The translations under genes and the position numbers were made by a program. Below are positions 41,342 to 54,458 of a stretch of DNA of 64,000 nucleotides, in pieces. The number at the start of each line of letters is the position of its first letter. Position 1 is the stretch's first letter. The notes beneath the pieces were generated by a model. It was not told the DNA's origin. It did not search any database and saw nothing but the letters and a program-made list of their open reading frames with translations. The stretch is from Eledone cirrhosa (taxonomy: Eukaryota): NCBI GenBank assembly GCA_964016885.1, contig OZ024742.1, positions 279,000,001-279,064,000 of the forward strand, read 5' to 3'.

Positions 41342-42918
41342 TAACGTGCCCTGATGTTGGGTTTTTAATAATTTTTAGGATTCCCCAATTCTGCAGCCAG
41401 TACGTTAATGAAAATTGATAGTTACAACAATAAAGGCTGGACAGAGAACACATTTTTTAACAAACAATAATTTGTACAACCATAATGGAAATTCCAAGTA
41501 CCAGAACATATTTAAATTACATTGTTAGAGCTTCAGAGTATACAATATTTTTTGTTGGGCCCTCCGGAGCAAAGATGAAGAGTTTGTTTGGCGAGCTAAC
41601 TCTAGAGCATCCTACATACAATTGACCATGGGAGAATCACTGATTTCGTAGCTCGTCTCGCGGAGAAACTCTGTAGATGTTGACCTCTGGACACTCCTGT
41701 CAGGAGCAGGTAAGCTGTAGTGACTTAGAGGCCTACCACCAATCTCCAGGACACTGTTTTCAAGACAAATGAGCGCCTCATTGAAAATTGGATTGTGTCT
41801 GCGCGTGTGGTGGAGGATGTCCTCAGCTAGACTTTATCGGTGGTTGTTCCAGAATGCGATAGGTTGGGCGAGATCGCAGTTGTGCAGCTTATTAGCAAAA
41901 TGTTTTCGCAGCTGAGAAGGGACTTTAGCAGGACTCTGGCAGGGTGAGGTGCCAATGGCTGTCATCGTGTAACATACCACGCATCTAGCAAGCCAAACGG
42001 TAAGTGGAACATTGATGGCCATTGATGGAACTCAGATCTTGGAAAGACTGTGGTGCTCTAACCTCGAAGAGTAACAATGACGATAAGCCGTCTGTGCTTT
42101 CGTGAAATAAATAGGTTTTTGTTTTTGTGTATGCAAAAATATCTGTAGACGATTATATATATTAAAATAACAGATTAAAGTTTAAGTAAAGAATCGCTGC
42201 TTTCACCCTTAACGGGATCTTCTGAAACTTACAAAATCTGTCTGTGAACGCAGAAGTAAATATTTCGAAAAACGTTACCTAATGCAGACAGTCAGTCATA
42301 CAGAGACATATTAGAAGGGAGCTACGTTATAGCTATGTATCTATCTAAAAAGACAGGCTAAACGAATAAAGTTTAAGCAAAGAAACGCTGCTTTCACTCT
42401 TAACGGGATCTTCTGAAACTTAAAAAGTTCGTCATTATAGCTATGTATCTATCTAAAAAGACAGGCTAAGAGAAAGAGGGGAATATTGTGCGACGTCATA
42501 AGAAAATGTGAGGAATGACGTATAACCGGAAGTGTTGACATTTAAAATGTTAAAGAAGGGAATATGTAAATAATTGTTTCTACGTTAAGCACAAGGCCAG
42601 CAATTACCAGTGTATTACTGGTACTTTATTTTATCGACCCCGTAAGGATGAAAGGCAAAGTTAACCTCCGCGGGATTTGAACTCAGAATGGCAAGGGCCG
42701 TAACTCTATGCGTCAAAGCATGGCGTCCGACCCTCTACCGATACTGTCAATCCACCGCCATTTGAATATGTAAATAATGTCTTTAATCTTTTAACAAAAT
42801 TCAGTAGACAAAAAACTTTGAAAAAGTTACATCTATGGTGCAAATCTGGTGCTGTTTGGTCCAGCCGTTCGGCGGACAGTTTGTTACCTACATACGGCCG
42901 TCAGCTTTATATTATATA
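41342..42918 (-). mobile_element. Internally deleted Helitron carrying nested insertions
   Basis: Helicase C-terminus FSHGQLYVGCSRV...TKNIVYSEAL* (41637-41517). Rep-region peptides LLLFEVRAPQSFQDL..STYRLAC*MRGMLHDD, PSQLRKHF and SLAEDIL (42090-41800). Helitron-like 5' end ataaagctgacggccg...acggctggaccaaa near 42915. Confidence 0.8.
42575..42763 (-). mobile_element. tRNA-derived SINE with a 15-bp TSD
   Basis: TSD gaatatgtaaataat at 42560-42574 and 42764-42778. Confidence 0.92.
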
Positions 42919-42922
42919 TATA

Positions 42923-43553
42923 TAAAATAAAATAATTAAGTCAAATATTTAAAATTTGGCCTCGTTGTATTAAAGGTGTACTGTTATATATATTTCGGTG
43001 ACAGCCATCCTTGGCTGTGACCTCTTCAGGTAGTCCGAATTGGTGTGGTAGAGACAGGTACACAAGTTGTTGAAGTGTTTAACTCCGTCAATACTCCGAT
43101 ATGCCCAGTTCCTGGTTGGGTTGTTATTTCTCTGAGGAACTGGAATCATATGAATTCGAACAAACGAATTTCGGCGTCAAAGGACACTCTCTCCTCCCAT
43201 TGGTCAGTTGTGATAACATTCGTTTGTTCGAATTCATATGATTCCAGTTCCTTAGAGAAATAACAACCCAATTAGGATCCGGGCATATCGGAGTATTGAC
43301 GGAGTTAAACACTTCAACAACATGTATACCGGTCTCTACCACACCAATTCGGACTGCCTGAAGAGGTCACATCGAAGGATGGCTGTCACCTAAATATACA
43401 TAGCAGTACACCTTTAATAAATGAAGCCAAATTTTAAATATTTGACTTAATTCTTCTATTTTACATTACACCGGAGTAACCAAACTAACCTGCGTTCTTC
43501 GTCGAGTGCTCCAATCTGCATACTGAGGTGTCGGTAAACAACCAACATATACT

Positions 43554-43557
<4 letters not shown>
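42923..43557 (+). mobile_element. Longer fold-back copy of the 35700 HHR family
   Basis: Arms 42923-43169 and 43218-43463, 48-nt spacer, same ~95-bp tail. HHR motifs at 42981-43033 (-) and 43354-43406 (+; GAAA changed to TAAA). Confidence 0.85.
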
Positions 43558-43601
<44 letters not shown>

Positions 43602-43889
43602 CGAATGAAGTGTGGTAAGGAACTAGATGGACTAGATGCACAAGAGTACTCAATATTTACGGTAGTAGAAGAGTGGGTAGTAGGAAAATCTTCACGACAA
43701 GACCCCGACGGCAGAGCCCAACCGTCGGTGTCTTGAACATTTTCCTATATATATATATAACGTAACTATTTGGAGCTGTGAAAACAATTACGCGCAAAAA
43801 CAAAACCACGTTTATGGTACAAATGAAATCGTAGACTAATATTCTATTTAGGAAACCGAATGATTCTCGGTTTCAGAGTTAAGAATAAT

Positions 43890-44071
43890 TGTTTCTACTT
43901 TGGCACAGGGCCAGCAATTACTCAGTGCATTACTGGTTCTTTATTTTATCGATGCCGTAAGGATGAAAGGGAAAGTTAACCTCGGCGGGATTTGAACTCA
44001 GAATCGCAAGGACCGTAACTCTATGCGTCAAACTATGGCGTCCGAACCTCTATCGATACTTCCAATCCACT
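43890..44071 (-). mobile_element. tRNA-derived SINE with a 12-bp TSD
   Basis: TSD gttaagaataat at 43878 and 44072. Confidence 0.9.
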
Positions 44072-44464
44072 GTTAAGAATAATGTAAATAAATGACAGAG
44101 GTTATTGTAATCAACACTAATTAAATATATACATGCACGCATCCATATACGTACATAAACATGTATATGCGAAAATACCCGCCATGGGTATGGAAATATA
44201 GGCACGTACACAAAGACACGCGAACACATACAACAATCTACGCAACGCCTGTACGCGCACACATACGAACGTATACCAAATACACAGAAAACATATATAT
44301 TTTTTTATATTTGTTTATATATGTTTTATGTCGATAAAATAAAGTACCAGTAATGCCCTGGGTGATTGCTGGTCTTGTTCCAAATGTAGAAACAATTATT
44401 CTTAACTCTGAAGCCGAGAATAATTCGGTTTCCTAAATAGAATTTTAGTCTACGACTTCCGTTA

Positions 44465-44952
44465 TACCATAAACGTGGTTTTGTCTTTGCGTGTAATTGT
44501 TCTCCCCGCACCACATAATGACGCATTATCTTCTTTTTTTCCTTTCATCTCCAGGGAACGTATCCACGAACCAGATAACAAAATATTAGTGTAAGACTTA
44601 ATTTATACCATAAACGTGGTTTTGTTTTTGCGTGTAATTGTTTTCACCGGTCCAAATAATGACGTATTATCTTCGTTTTTTCCGTTCTTTGCCAGGGAAC
44701 GTTTCCACGAACCAAAGTATCATCTTCCCGTCTTCCTTCGGTTGCAACGTTTTTCAAAATATTTACTTCTGCATTCACAGATTGATTTTTTTAGTTTCAG
44801 AAGATAGATCCCATTAATGGTGAAAGCAGCGATTCTTTGCTTAAATTAGAATCTGTTATTTTAATAAATATTTGCTCTACTGTTCTTATATATTTGCTAT
44901 ATTTATACTTATCGAGCCCTCTTTGGATTTTAGTCTTCAAATATATTATTAT

Positions 44953-44957
<5 letters not shown>
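44465..44957 (+). mobile_element. TA-associated repeat family; other copies at 58722-59117 (-), 42160-42430 (-) and 43765-43825 (-)
   Basis: 44600-44957 is the reverse complement of 58722-59075. Shared motif cagaagatccc...gtgaaagcagcgattc. Confidence 0.75.
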
Positions 44958-45006
<49 letters not shown>

Positions 45007-45011
45007 ATTAT

Positions 45012-45049
<38 letters not shown>

Positions 45050-45937
45050 TTACTGAAGCTACCTTATACCTTCTTAAAAATACATTTTATAATTATTGTC
45101 TTTTTGCTTATGTATTTTCTTATTTACCACTTTCTTTAATCTTGCGCAACTTGATAAACTCTTTGAATTGCTCCCTAATTAAATTACTTAAATTACTTAA
45201 ATTATTGTATCTATTATGCTTAAATTGTATCTGTTGAAGCAGCCCTTTGAAAATTCCTCGGATATCTCAAATACCGTAATTTTTAACTTTTAATGTATAA
45301 TTTTCCTCAATTCGTGTTTATATATATCCTTAAAGGCTCTCTAAAATTTTAATTCTTCGAAGGGTCTCTCGGTGGAAGTTCCTATTAAAAATACTAAAGG
45401 GGCCTTTTCTGAGAGAATTATAGAAACTCTTTGAATTAACCTTTAATTGATTAGTTTCTTTCAACTTATTAGGTAATATGAAAACTTCGTAAGTTTTCTG
45501 AAATTTGTAAACGTGATCTCGGGGGAAGAAAGTTTTTTTCTTTCGGAAAAAAATGTTTTTCTCTAGAAGGAATTTCATAGGAAACTTTATATATTTTTTT
45601 AGGGAAACTTTATATTTTTATTTTTTATTTTATTAGCCTCTTAATTTCTTCTAGTTTAGTAGGTTTATTGGAGCCTGTAAGCTTATGCACTTATTGAGGG
45701 ATTTTTTAAGGTGCTTCTACGGGACCCCAAGTCTTTTAGTTTACTGTTAATGCGTAAATTATATATTATCTAATTTTTAAACTTCAATCCCTGACCCCGA
45801 CAACTAATATAAAAGAGCCCCCTTAGAATATAGACCCCAACTATACAAGCGGAGTTGCTGATGTATACCACAATTTCAAACTGCTAGCCTTGAGTGATAC
45901 GTTGATGTAAATAATGATCTTACGATTACATGTTATA

Positions 45938-45984
45938 TGCCTTGAAAAGTCCCACCATGTGGTCGGACGAAACGGCTGTCGGCA
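45938..45984 (+). ncRNA. Minimal type I HHR with a U3-A8 core
   Basis: tgcc-TTGAAAA-gtcc/ggac-GAAAC-GGCT-GTC-ggca. All three stems pair and the cleavage triplet is GUC. Confidence 0.7.
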
Positions 45985-46861
45985 ATAAACTTGTTATAAT
46001 GTCATAATAGTTCCTTTGTTCTTTTTCACTAATATATATATATATATATATAAAGTGAAATGAAATTACCGAAGGCCAAAATTACTGCAAACACTTTGCA
46101 CATTTCAGTGGCCAGGTTGCGTAAGGACCTAGAGACATCATCAGGTGTAAATTGCGTAATAGATGCATACCAACGGGATGATTGTAAACTTTAAGGAAAC
46201 AAGAAGTGAAAAAACAGAGAAGAAAAAGAGGTGTGTTTATGTTTTTGACCCAGAGACGAACGAAGGAGCATGATTTTAGCATGCCTCGCCGCCTGTGAGT
46301 GACTTGTCCTTCCTGTTAGTTTGCTAAGTAGATATGGGGATGTATATTCTAATGGGCGAATCTCTACTACATCTCAATTCTAACAACCTTCGGAAGGCAG
46401 GCCATTAAAGGGGGAGGTGTGAAGAATATCGTGTTGCAGAGATTGGTAAGCTGCCTGGGCCAAGTTAAGGTCTATACATAAGGGGTGGCAGTGTGGGTAA
46501 TTTAGGATCATACCAAGTACAAAAATTCTAGTTAAAATTGTTTAGAAGTTAAAGCTAGGGTCAATTTTAAGGATTGAAAATTCAATTTTATTTAATTTCA
46601 TTTTTCGTAGCAATATATATATTTTTAACGCTAAATTATTAATACCAATATACGATATTTGCCGGCCTATTAGACGCCACTTCGCATAAGATGCTTCCTC
46701 TTCTTTTATTATATTTTACATTATATTTTGACGTTTATAGGCATTTTCATGGACGACGTCCAATACTCGCGGTGTTTCACTCTTCGAGAGTGTTATAGCA
46801 ACGTAAACCCCGCGAATACCGTGGGAGGGGGGGGGGGGTCACCTATATATGTGTATATATA

Positions 46862-47005
46862 CAGAGCGGGTAACTGAGATTGCACCAATGTGCTTTAAAA
46901 AATATATTTAATATATGTAGGCATGTAAAATTACTAATGTCCATGTAAATTGAAAAATAAGCACCTATAATGTACACAGCAATGCAGTCTCGGTCACCCA
47001 CTCTG
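46862..47005. mobile_element. Tc1/mariner-type MITE, 144 bp, TA TSD
   Basis: TA|cagagcgggtaactgagattgca ... tgcagtctcggtcacccactctg|TA. Confidence 0.75.
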
Positions 47006-47776
47006 TATATACAGATATAACTTTATCGTACACTTCAGCTGCAAGCGTATTCCCTTATATATATATATACGTGTGTGTGTGTCTTTGTGTGTGATAGTGT
47101 TTGTGTGCGTACGTGTTGGCGTCTGTATGCCGAGCATCTTAAGTAATCAGTAGATGTAAAGTACGCTTATATACATGTGTATACATGTCTGATGTATAAA
47201 TGCTAAATTCTTGAGGAGAGGGGAACTGACTCTACTTTAAAGACAGTCTCACACGTTCTTGCACTTTGATGATAGAACTAAAGATGTTAGCTTGCAAGCA
47301 AGCGAAACTTTTATTTCATTGTGATATATTATACCAATTTTATTTCATTTTGTTTTATTTATTGTTTTTTGATAAAGTTGGTGCTGTGGTTGTTGTCGTT
47401 TGACGTTATATCCTTCCTTTGATCCTTTCTTTCTCTTTATTTATCTTTTAAACTTTGTATATATACATAAGCGTGTATATGCGTTTTGTACACACATACA
47501 CCCACACACACGTGTGTGTGTGTGTGTATACATAACATAAATATATCGTTGATACATGTGTGTATGCGTAAATGTTTTCTATATTCATAAATATGTATGT
47601 ATAAAACAATATGTGTTTTTTTTATGAGTATACGAGATTATATCATTTAATTTTATATCATTCCATATCATTATCTCGTAGTGTTTCGAAGGTATATTTT
47701 CTCTCCAGTATTAAAAAAACATTATGTGCAGTAAGGGAAATAACTCTAGTTGAACAAGAGCATGAATTTAGTTCAA

Positions 47777-48953
47777 TATTTGTTTCAGGAGAAAATTCCC
47801 CACGTTTTGAAAAGTACGTATTTTGGTAGAGTTTTCTACGCATGCATACATATATAAGAAGTGACGCTGTTATGCCCCATGTTTATTTCTCATTTTGTGT
47901 TACGCCGTCAATGACGAATCATCGTGTATCTATCCAAATCGTTTATTCGTGGTGGTCTACTTTATGACCTCAAATCTCACCTAACTGCAGAATTATTTGG
48001 GTCCCACACTATGCATGAACGCAGTGCCAGGAACTGCTTCACACGTTTCCGTTCCGGTTATTACAGCCTTGAAAATTGCCCGCACATAGAACGTCCATCC
48101 GACTTTAATGACGCGTAACTGCGTGAGCTAGTAGAAGCCAACCACACGAGGCATTTTGCCAACTGTCTGGAGTGCTTGGGGCGCCGAAAACAACAACCCT
48201 AATCACTTGCATGCAATAACGAAGGACCCCAAACTGGACGAATTGATGCTCCACAATTTGACGGACCGAAATCGTGAGTGACGGTTGGCAGCGGCGACTT
48301 CTCTACGTCACTTCCAACGCTCAACTAACTAGTTACGTTTCATTGTCATTGGCGATGAAAAATGGTGTCTCTAGATTAATGTCAAGTGCAAGAGCAATCG
48401 TGGATTGATACAGAGAATGTTCCACAACGGCAAGCAAAACCTGGCCTCCATCCTCCGATCTTTCTATTGAAAGTGTGGTGGGACAGGAAAAATGTCATCC
48501 ACTACGAGGTGCTCCCATCGAACACCTGCATATGCTCTGACATCTATTGCCAAAAGTCTACAAATTATTGGCGAAAAGCATACAGATGCTCCCATACCAT
48601 GGTCCTGTTCGATTTCTTCCATGATATCACTCAGCTACGTATATCAAGGATGACCCGTAGGAAACTGCAAGAGCTAAGTTGGGAGGTTCTTCTCCACCCA
48701 CCGTATTCGCCCCACCTACGAATTATCACCTTTTCCTCAAAGACCTTCGCTAATGATGACCAATGAGACTAGTGACTAACTATGCATGTCAGAAGAAGTA
48801 AACAGGTTTGGACTTATGAGCCTTCCTAAAAGATGGCAGTTGGTAATCGCAAATAAACGCGATTATTTTGATTTGTCAAATGTTCTTAATTTCAATAAAC
48901 GCCAAAGTCAATAAAAATTTGGAAAATGACGAGAACTTTCCGTCTAGCCTAAT
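47777..48953 (+). mobile_element. Degraded mariner transposon
   Basis: CFTRFRSG..SLEN, IVIGDEKW, PGLHP..LKVWWD, HPPYSP. Right TIR-like gacgagaactttccgtctagcctaata; the left TIR is weak. Confidence 0.88.
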
Positions 48954-49859
48954 ATTTTATATTATGATGTTCAGAAAATGATGTCCAAACCTATACACAG
49001 AGATGTGCGCGCACATTCCAGACATAACGTTGACAGTGAGTCAAAAATAATTGGAAAGATATCTTTTAAAAATAATAAATCACGCACAAATAACTTAAGT
49101 TGATTACATATGCTATCCTGATGAAGTCCATTAAATTTGAAACATATTCTTTTTCCAAGAAGAAATTCGATTAAATGTTTTTACGTGCATAAATCCGTAT
49201 ATCGATTTTAACGTATCAAAATTAATATCATTAATGTCAATAATATTTCATTTTTAAAGTATAAAAATTATACTGACCAAACATTATTCGTAACACTTTT
49301 TCTATAATATAAATAAACTACTATCAGCTGCTCGCTTGTATGTAGTGCGCTATGCAGCTGAGGGTAAATCTGACCAGCGCAATCACACCCCATTTTCTTT
49401 TTTATTCTTTTTTTTAATAGAAAAAATATTCATATGTGCCTCCGATGGTTTCTACTGCACCTAGCTTCATATTTGGCTTAATGTATAGTTGCATATTTAT
49501 AGCAATTCCGCAAGAATGTATGTATATAATCAGGGAATTCAGTAGATTTAGAGCTTACGGAGGAATGTCCAATAGTTGCATTATATGCTCTAGCAGGGTG
49601 TATACATAAAGAAGGACAAAACAAGGTTTCACACTGGGGTTTTCAATAGTTAGTGTCTGTAGGCACGTTTCCCATATGGGTGCCTTAGGATGCGTGTTTG
49701 TGTTACTGACCCGACTCCATCCTAATCTGCTCATCAGACATGTCAATCAAGCAAAACCAAAATCCCATTTCAGCCTTATCAATCAATAAGCACTTAAATG
49801 TGAAACCTCGTTTTGTACTACTTGCTAACTGCTAAGAAGGCCATAATTGATTTTGATGT

Positions 49860-51030
49860 TTGCCTTTGGACCCGAAAAACAACCCTAATAATTTCGACAT
49901 TCTTATGAGTTCAACTGATTCTCTTCAAATGACTGATTTAATGGATATTTTCTTACTAAATAAAATGCATTTTTCTATCATTCGAAGGGGCCCTATATCG
50001 TGATGATGCTCTCCCAACTATTAGTAAGAGCAGTAGAACCATTAAGTTGAATAAAAAAAAATACGTTCACATAGATTCTTTAAAAAATATAATCTGACAA
50101 TGTCTATTGGCACTAATGATAGAGTAGTGACCTCGATTCCAAACTGTATGAACCCTTTAATAACCCGACCACTCAAGATCAATACTAACATCTATTATTA
50201 ACTATATGTCTAACCGAATCTCTAGACCTTCTTCAAACTAGGCTAGCTTCGATCAGAACGCTTAATATTGCAACGAAGCACTGCATAATTCAGGCTATAA
50301 GGGAAAAAAAATCGTATATAAAGAAAATCCCCATATGGACAGCAGATATTGTAATATATTATTTCGCATAATATGTTTCTAGTTAAACCCCACTCGGACA
50401 ATAAAAATACAGTAAATCTAAAGAAAGGTATATTATTGAACAAGAGAATGACAAAACCAAATAATTATGCCGATAATCACAAACATAGGTATAATACAGG
50501 TAATATCGAACACAAATAATGGGAACAGCCGGCGTAAAAAAAATAATTGTTTCTACTTTTGGCACAAGTTAACCTCGGCGGGATTTGAACTCAGGATGGC
50601 AAGGGCCGTAACTCTATGCGTCAAAGCATGGCGTCAGACCCTCTACCGATACTGCCAATCCACCGTAAAAGAAATAATAACAGCAGCAAAGAAAGAAGCT
50701 ACAGCGAACGGATCCTAATTTGCCGACTCATATCCCAAATCAAATATTTATACAAGCGATAAGACTGAAAATTAATAATATGAACGATAACTATCTTAGA
50801 CCTAAAGTAGGTAACCTACAACCTGTAAGGTTTCGCAGGAAACATATACATGGTTTAACCCACCATTTAGTAAACACATCGGCTCTAATATGCCAAAATG
50901 TGTTTGATTTTCTAGCGAAATATTTCCCCTTACCCGCCGTAACTATACAATACTTAATAAGAATACTATAAAAATATCTTACTCTACCACTCCCTAGAAA
51001 GCTAACTATATAACACCTAGCAATAATCTG
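49860..51030 (+). pseudogene. Highly degraded Neptune-type PLE RT fragment interrupted by a SINE
   Basis: GALYRDDAL at ~49987 and FDFLAKYFPL at ~50903 match motifs in the 22960-24765 ORF. Confidence 0.6.
50548..50665 (-). mobile_element. Internally deleted SINE
   Basis: SINE head joined to tail; TSD-like cgtaaaa(a/g)aaataat on both sides. Confidence 0.85.
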
Positions 51031-52267
51031 AAACTATATATGTACATATACAAATATTTGCGGGTGTATGTGTGTGTCCATGTGCATATTGATACTACTT
51101 TGAAACACCTAATATGTGAACCTCAACTGAAAAATAAATTCAGTTCAAATAGGAAATATAATATGAGTGCGATCAACATACTGCTAGACACCAACACCTT
51201 TTTTAAAACAACCCACCTATATGCCCAAACTGTTATTTGTTTATTATTATCATTCATTTAGACTTAACATAATTTCCAGACATATAATTGCATAAATACT
51301 TAGTTACAATAATGAAATACGACTGAATATTAGGAAGATATGATATATGAACTATACTGATTACACTGTGTATCCCATATCATTAGGTGCAATGATATAC
51401 GTGGCTATGCAGTAAGCATAATATATATCTATACATGTTAATACCCTTTTGCATGTGTAATCCAAATCATGAATACACATCGACGGAAATCATCTCCCTA
51501 AACCAACACCGTTTATCACAAGGTAATTCTTACTCATTAAGTATTGTAATTATACTTAGCCCTGCTCTAACACAGGACATAAATGAAACAGATTACTTTC
51601 GCCTACATACACCGCCCTATAAACGATACACCACTTTTTCGTTTAGAACTTGCCGCCGGCCATGTTAATTCCAATCACTGTTAGATATCAAGCAGCTTTG
51701 TCTTTTTGCTCATGATTTTCATTTATATCAGAATGAGGAACATGATGGATAATAAAGAAATAACTTACCAATTACACATCTATTAATGCAAAAACCACGT
51801 AATAAGTGTTGCGGATTCTGGGCTGTTTGTTTTTCTCTGTATATTGCAGCATATCACCAATGTAAGGTTGTGTTTCCAACGCTTGCACGAAATAATCTCT
51901 AACGCCTAATGCTTGATAAACCTGCAAAAACTAAATCAAGGTAATGACTACCCTATATGCCCTCCCACTTCGTTTTACATTGCTTGCCATATTCAGTATT
52001 TCCTAATGTTCTTGATACATGTTTGAGTTGAATTTAATCACTCTAAAAACGCCTGAACATATACAGGTTTTTTTGTATATTGTGTAAATAATGGTTAATT
52101 AATAATAACTGAGTGTTTCGTTGTTTGCATATACACTCAAACTTATCATCTTTATCGAAATGATTGTTTAGATTATAGATGGAATTAATCTAAACAACTT
52201 GGTTTTCTTCCACACACACTCATACACACACTCATACACACACACACAAACACACACACACATATAG

Positions 52268-52392
<125 letters not shown>

Positions 52393-52559
52393 TGTGTTCG
52401 CGTGTGTGAGTGTGTGTGCATGTATGGTCCCGTAATTCCTAATAGTAAGAGCGCTGTATTGACATACAACGTTACTTGGGCATTTTAAGCATTGCGGAGC
52501 CCATCCCTCTCCAGGAGTGAGTATAGAAAATTTCTTCCACAGAGTGGAAGAATCGACCC

Positions 52560-53225
52560 CAGAACTACTGCCCTTTTACAACAAGATCTGGATGCCATAT
52601 ACAAATGGGCTGACAACATGCATCTTAATGCTGGAATATTTCAAGCCCTACAATTCTAGCCTGCTAACTCAAAGACAGTACAACACAGCTGAACCGGACC
52701 AGTAGGCATCGAAATCCTTGTGTCGAAATCGATACGAGACCTGGGGATAGATATGAACGACGATGCATTTTTTCTTCACACATCATGAGGATGGCACACA
52801 ATATGCAGACGACACACTGGCTGAATCTTGAAGAATTTCCGGACAATAGACCGAGAGACCATCTTTGCTACTATGAAGGGACTAGCACGAAACTTTGGCA
52901 TTGAGAGCTGGACAAAACCACGAACAAAACGTCACTGTATGGTACGAAAAGTCGCATCTTCCATATCTAGAATATATTGCAATAGCCTGCGGTTCAAATG
53001 CCCTCAACTCTTCAGCAAGATGCCAAGAAATTTGAGAGATCTGCAAGGTGTGGACGTGGATGTTTTCAAGAAACATCTTGACACTCTGCTATCCAGGACC
53101 CCGGTAAGAAGCTAACATAAGGGCAGCAGCAACGAATTCCCTCTTATACAAATGGCTAGCGAACCCAGGCTGGAGACAGAAAGTTTTGCAACAAGGGCGG
53201 CGCCACCGCATGGCTTCAGCCTGAT
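52560..53225 (+). mobile_element. CR1/L2-like LINE 3' fragment
   Basis: QQDLDAIYKWAD, RDLGIDMNDD, NSLRFKCPQLFSKMPRNLRDL..VDVFKKHLDTLL. Confidence 0.75.
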
Positions 53226-53231
53226 ATACAT

Positions 53232-53285
<54 letters not shown>

Positions 53286-53850
53286 ACACTTCACAGGCAC
53301 ACACCAGGAGAAGACCGAAATGATAGATGGATGAATAGATAAAAAGGCATACAAATAAGCAGAAAGAGAAAACTAAAAGAATTGAGAGGGATAGAAAGTG
53401 TATGTGTGTGTTAGATTTCATGTACGTGCGTGTGTGTATGTGTGCGTGAGTGTTTGTGTGTGTGTGAATGCGGCGGGAGTGTTAGAATAAATACATCACA
53501 TTAAATTATAGTAAAACAAGCTTAGACATTTAACACGTAAAATTATACACCAAATAATGAAGAAATGTATCTTCCAACTGAGTGCATGTATACATATATG
53601 GCTGTGTGTGTGTATGTGCGTACATATATATATTATATATACATATATATACATATACATCGTATATACCCCCACATACATATAAATAATGGAGCATATT
53701 ACATAGATCTACCGCTTTTACGATTTGCTAGAAATTTTGTCGACTTTGTAATGCTGAAAAATGTGATATATTCTCACAACTACCTTCAGGTAAACACTGC
53801 TTCAACGCACAGTTTGATTACATTGGCAGCTGACTTTATGATAGGAGGTA

Positions 53851-54023
53851 TAGTTTTAAGCTTTTACCGGTTGCGCATTGCTAATGCTTTTCAAAAATAA
53901 TTTTGAGATAGAGCGCTCGTGATGTTTGCTCTAATTAGATTAGAGCAAACATCACGAGCGCTCTATCTCAAAATTATTTTTGAAAAGCATTAGAAATGCG
54001 CAACCGGTAAGAACTTAAAACTA
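53851..54023. repeat. Near-perfect palindrome (~85-bp arms, 3-nt loop) with variant HHR motifs in both arms
   Basis: Centre ctaat-tag-attag; motif TTGAAAA-gcat/atgc-GCAACCGGTA on each strand. Confidence 0.85.
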
Positions 54024-54361
54024 AAACTGAATACTAACCAATACTTATTACTTACTTATACTTATTACTAATTAAACTATTTTTCACTGGGAAACATTTG
54101 TCAGCATTTTCTTTTCCTTTTACTAATATATCACAACTCGTGTGTTACACCTCTATTTTTTTTAAATATATATATGTATATGTACAAATCACGATGGATT
54201 TGGCTTGAAACTGGATAGACCATTATTCAACATAGTACTCGATACTAGGGTCAGTAGTTTATGGTTATATTTTAAAGAGACGGAACCCGAAGACTGCTGT
54301 TGTCGTTGGCACGCCAAGAACTCAGCCGTTGGGTTCGACTCATTACAATATATATGTATAA

Positions 54362-54451
<90 letters not shown>

Positions 54452-54458
<7 letters not shown>

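Noticed and set aside
49113-49150. CTGATGA...GAAAC hammerhead candidate (a similar one lies at ~27795)
   Set aside because: Stems I and II do not pair convincingly; at best decayed relics.
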